From: Ostreococcus tauri | Taxonomy: Eukaryota | Reading direction: 5' to 3' | DNA length: 32,000 nucleotides | Assembly (NCBI GenBank): GCA_000214015.2 | Contig: CAID01000003.2 | Coordinates: 318,999-350,998, forward strand | In this document: positions 31,733-32,000 of the stretch, piece by piece | Numbering within the stretch: the first letter of the stretch is position 1 | How the letters are laid out: each line of letters opens with the position of its first letter | Program-made: the position numbers and the translations under genes | Notes under the pieces: generated by a model | What the model was told of the DNA's origin: nothing | The model's database searches: none | The model's input: only the letters and a program-made list of their open reading frames with translations

Positions 31733-32000
31733 CGCGCGCGCGAGGCGACGTGTGCGGGACGGGTCGCGCGCGCCGCGTCTCTACCGACGCGCGTACGAGC
31801 ACGACGACGCGATCGACCACCGCGTCCGCGTCCGCGGCGCGCGCGCGATGTCATTACACGCGACGTCCACGCGCGCGCGCGCGATCGATCGATCGCCTCG
31901 ACCGAGGCGGGTCTCTACCGACGCGCGAACGGCTCGAACGCGCGCGCCCAGAGCACCGCCGCGGGCTGCATCACCGTCCCCACGAACACCTGCGACGCCG

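Noticed and set aside
1-32000. A prokaryote-style novel system (operon, defence island, toxin-antitoxin, phage or integrative element)
   Set aside because: The gene content is eukaryotic: seipin, DCN1, exosome subunit, telobox Myb, GPKOW. Spliceosomal introns and an intron-containing eukaryotic-type tRNA are present, along with transit peptides and alternating-strand monocistronic genes. Neighbouring genes show no co-directional functional cluster.

Overview
This window is gene-dense, GC-rich eukaryotic nuclear DNA with very few introns. It is not prokaryotic. Its organisation fits a prasinophyte picoalga (Ostreococcus/Mamiellales-like), but that assignment is inferred from compaction, GC content and plant/plastid-type gene content, not verified.

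I support about 23 protein-coding genes and one intron-containing tRNA-Pro(UGG) on alternating strands.
- Divergent gene pairs share 100-300 bp GC/CG-rich 5' gaps.
- Convergent pairs are separated by only 33-85 bp of AT-rich sequence. One pair overlaps at its stop codons (CTAG at 11122-11125).
- Recognisable products are: GPKOW/MOS2 (partial, missing from the ORF track because it runs off the left edge), seipin, DCN1, MOT2/MFSD5 transporter, an LHC-like protein, a Mut-7-type exonuclease, a DUF924+TilS-like PP-loop fusion, an LYR protein, an ABC1/ADCK kinase, a Bfr1-like coiled-coil protein, a lumenal LTO1-type thioredoxin-like protein, Fyv7/TAP26, a PsbP-domain protein, a 1221-aa candidate SHOC1/ZIP2-like protein, organellar IF-2 with an RGG box, a PF13759-type 2OG oxygenase, a PAP2 lipid phosphatase, a Ubl+telobox-Myb (TRFL-like) protein and an RNase PH exosome subunit.
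- Many long ORFs in the track are antisense or GC-driven artefacts, and several listed M residues are GTG/TTG codons.

There is no operon, defence island, CRISPR array or mobile element. The items most worth a second look are:
1. A ~330-bp ATCGAT-palindrome tandem array (23723-24056) between two divergent genes, open in all six frames, with mini-copies of the same core in other 5' gaps.
2. A candidate meiotic SHOC1/ZIP2-like gene.
3. Telo-box (AAACCCTAA) motifs inside and upstream of the telomere-Myb gene itself.
4. A DCN1 gene whose first coding exon appears to be only the ATG.
5. A shared intron signature, GTRCGY...ACTGAC...CAG.
6. The DUF924-TilS fusion.

All functional calls rest on by-eye motif and family recognition. 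No database search was run.
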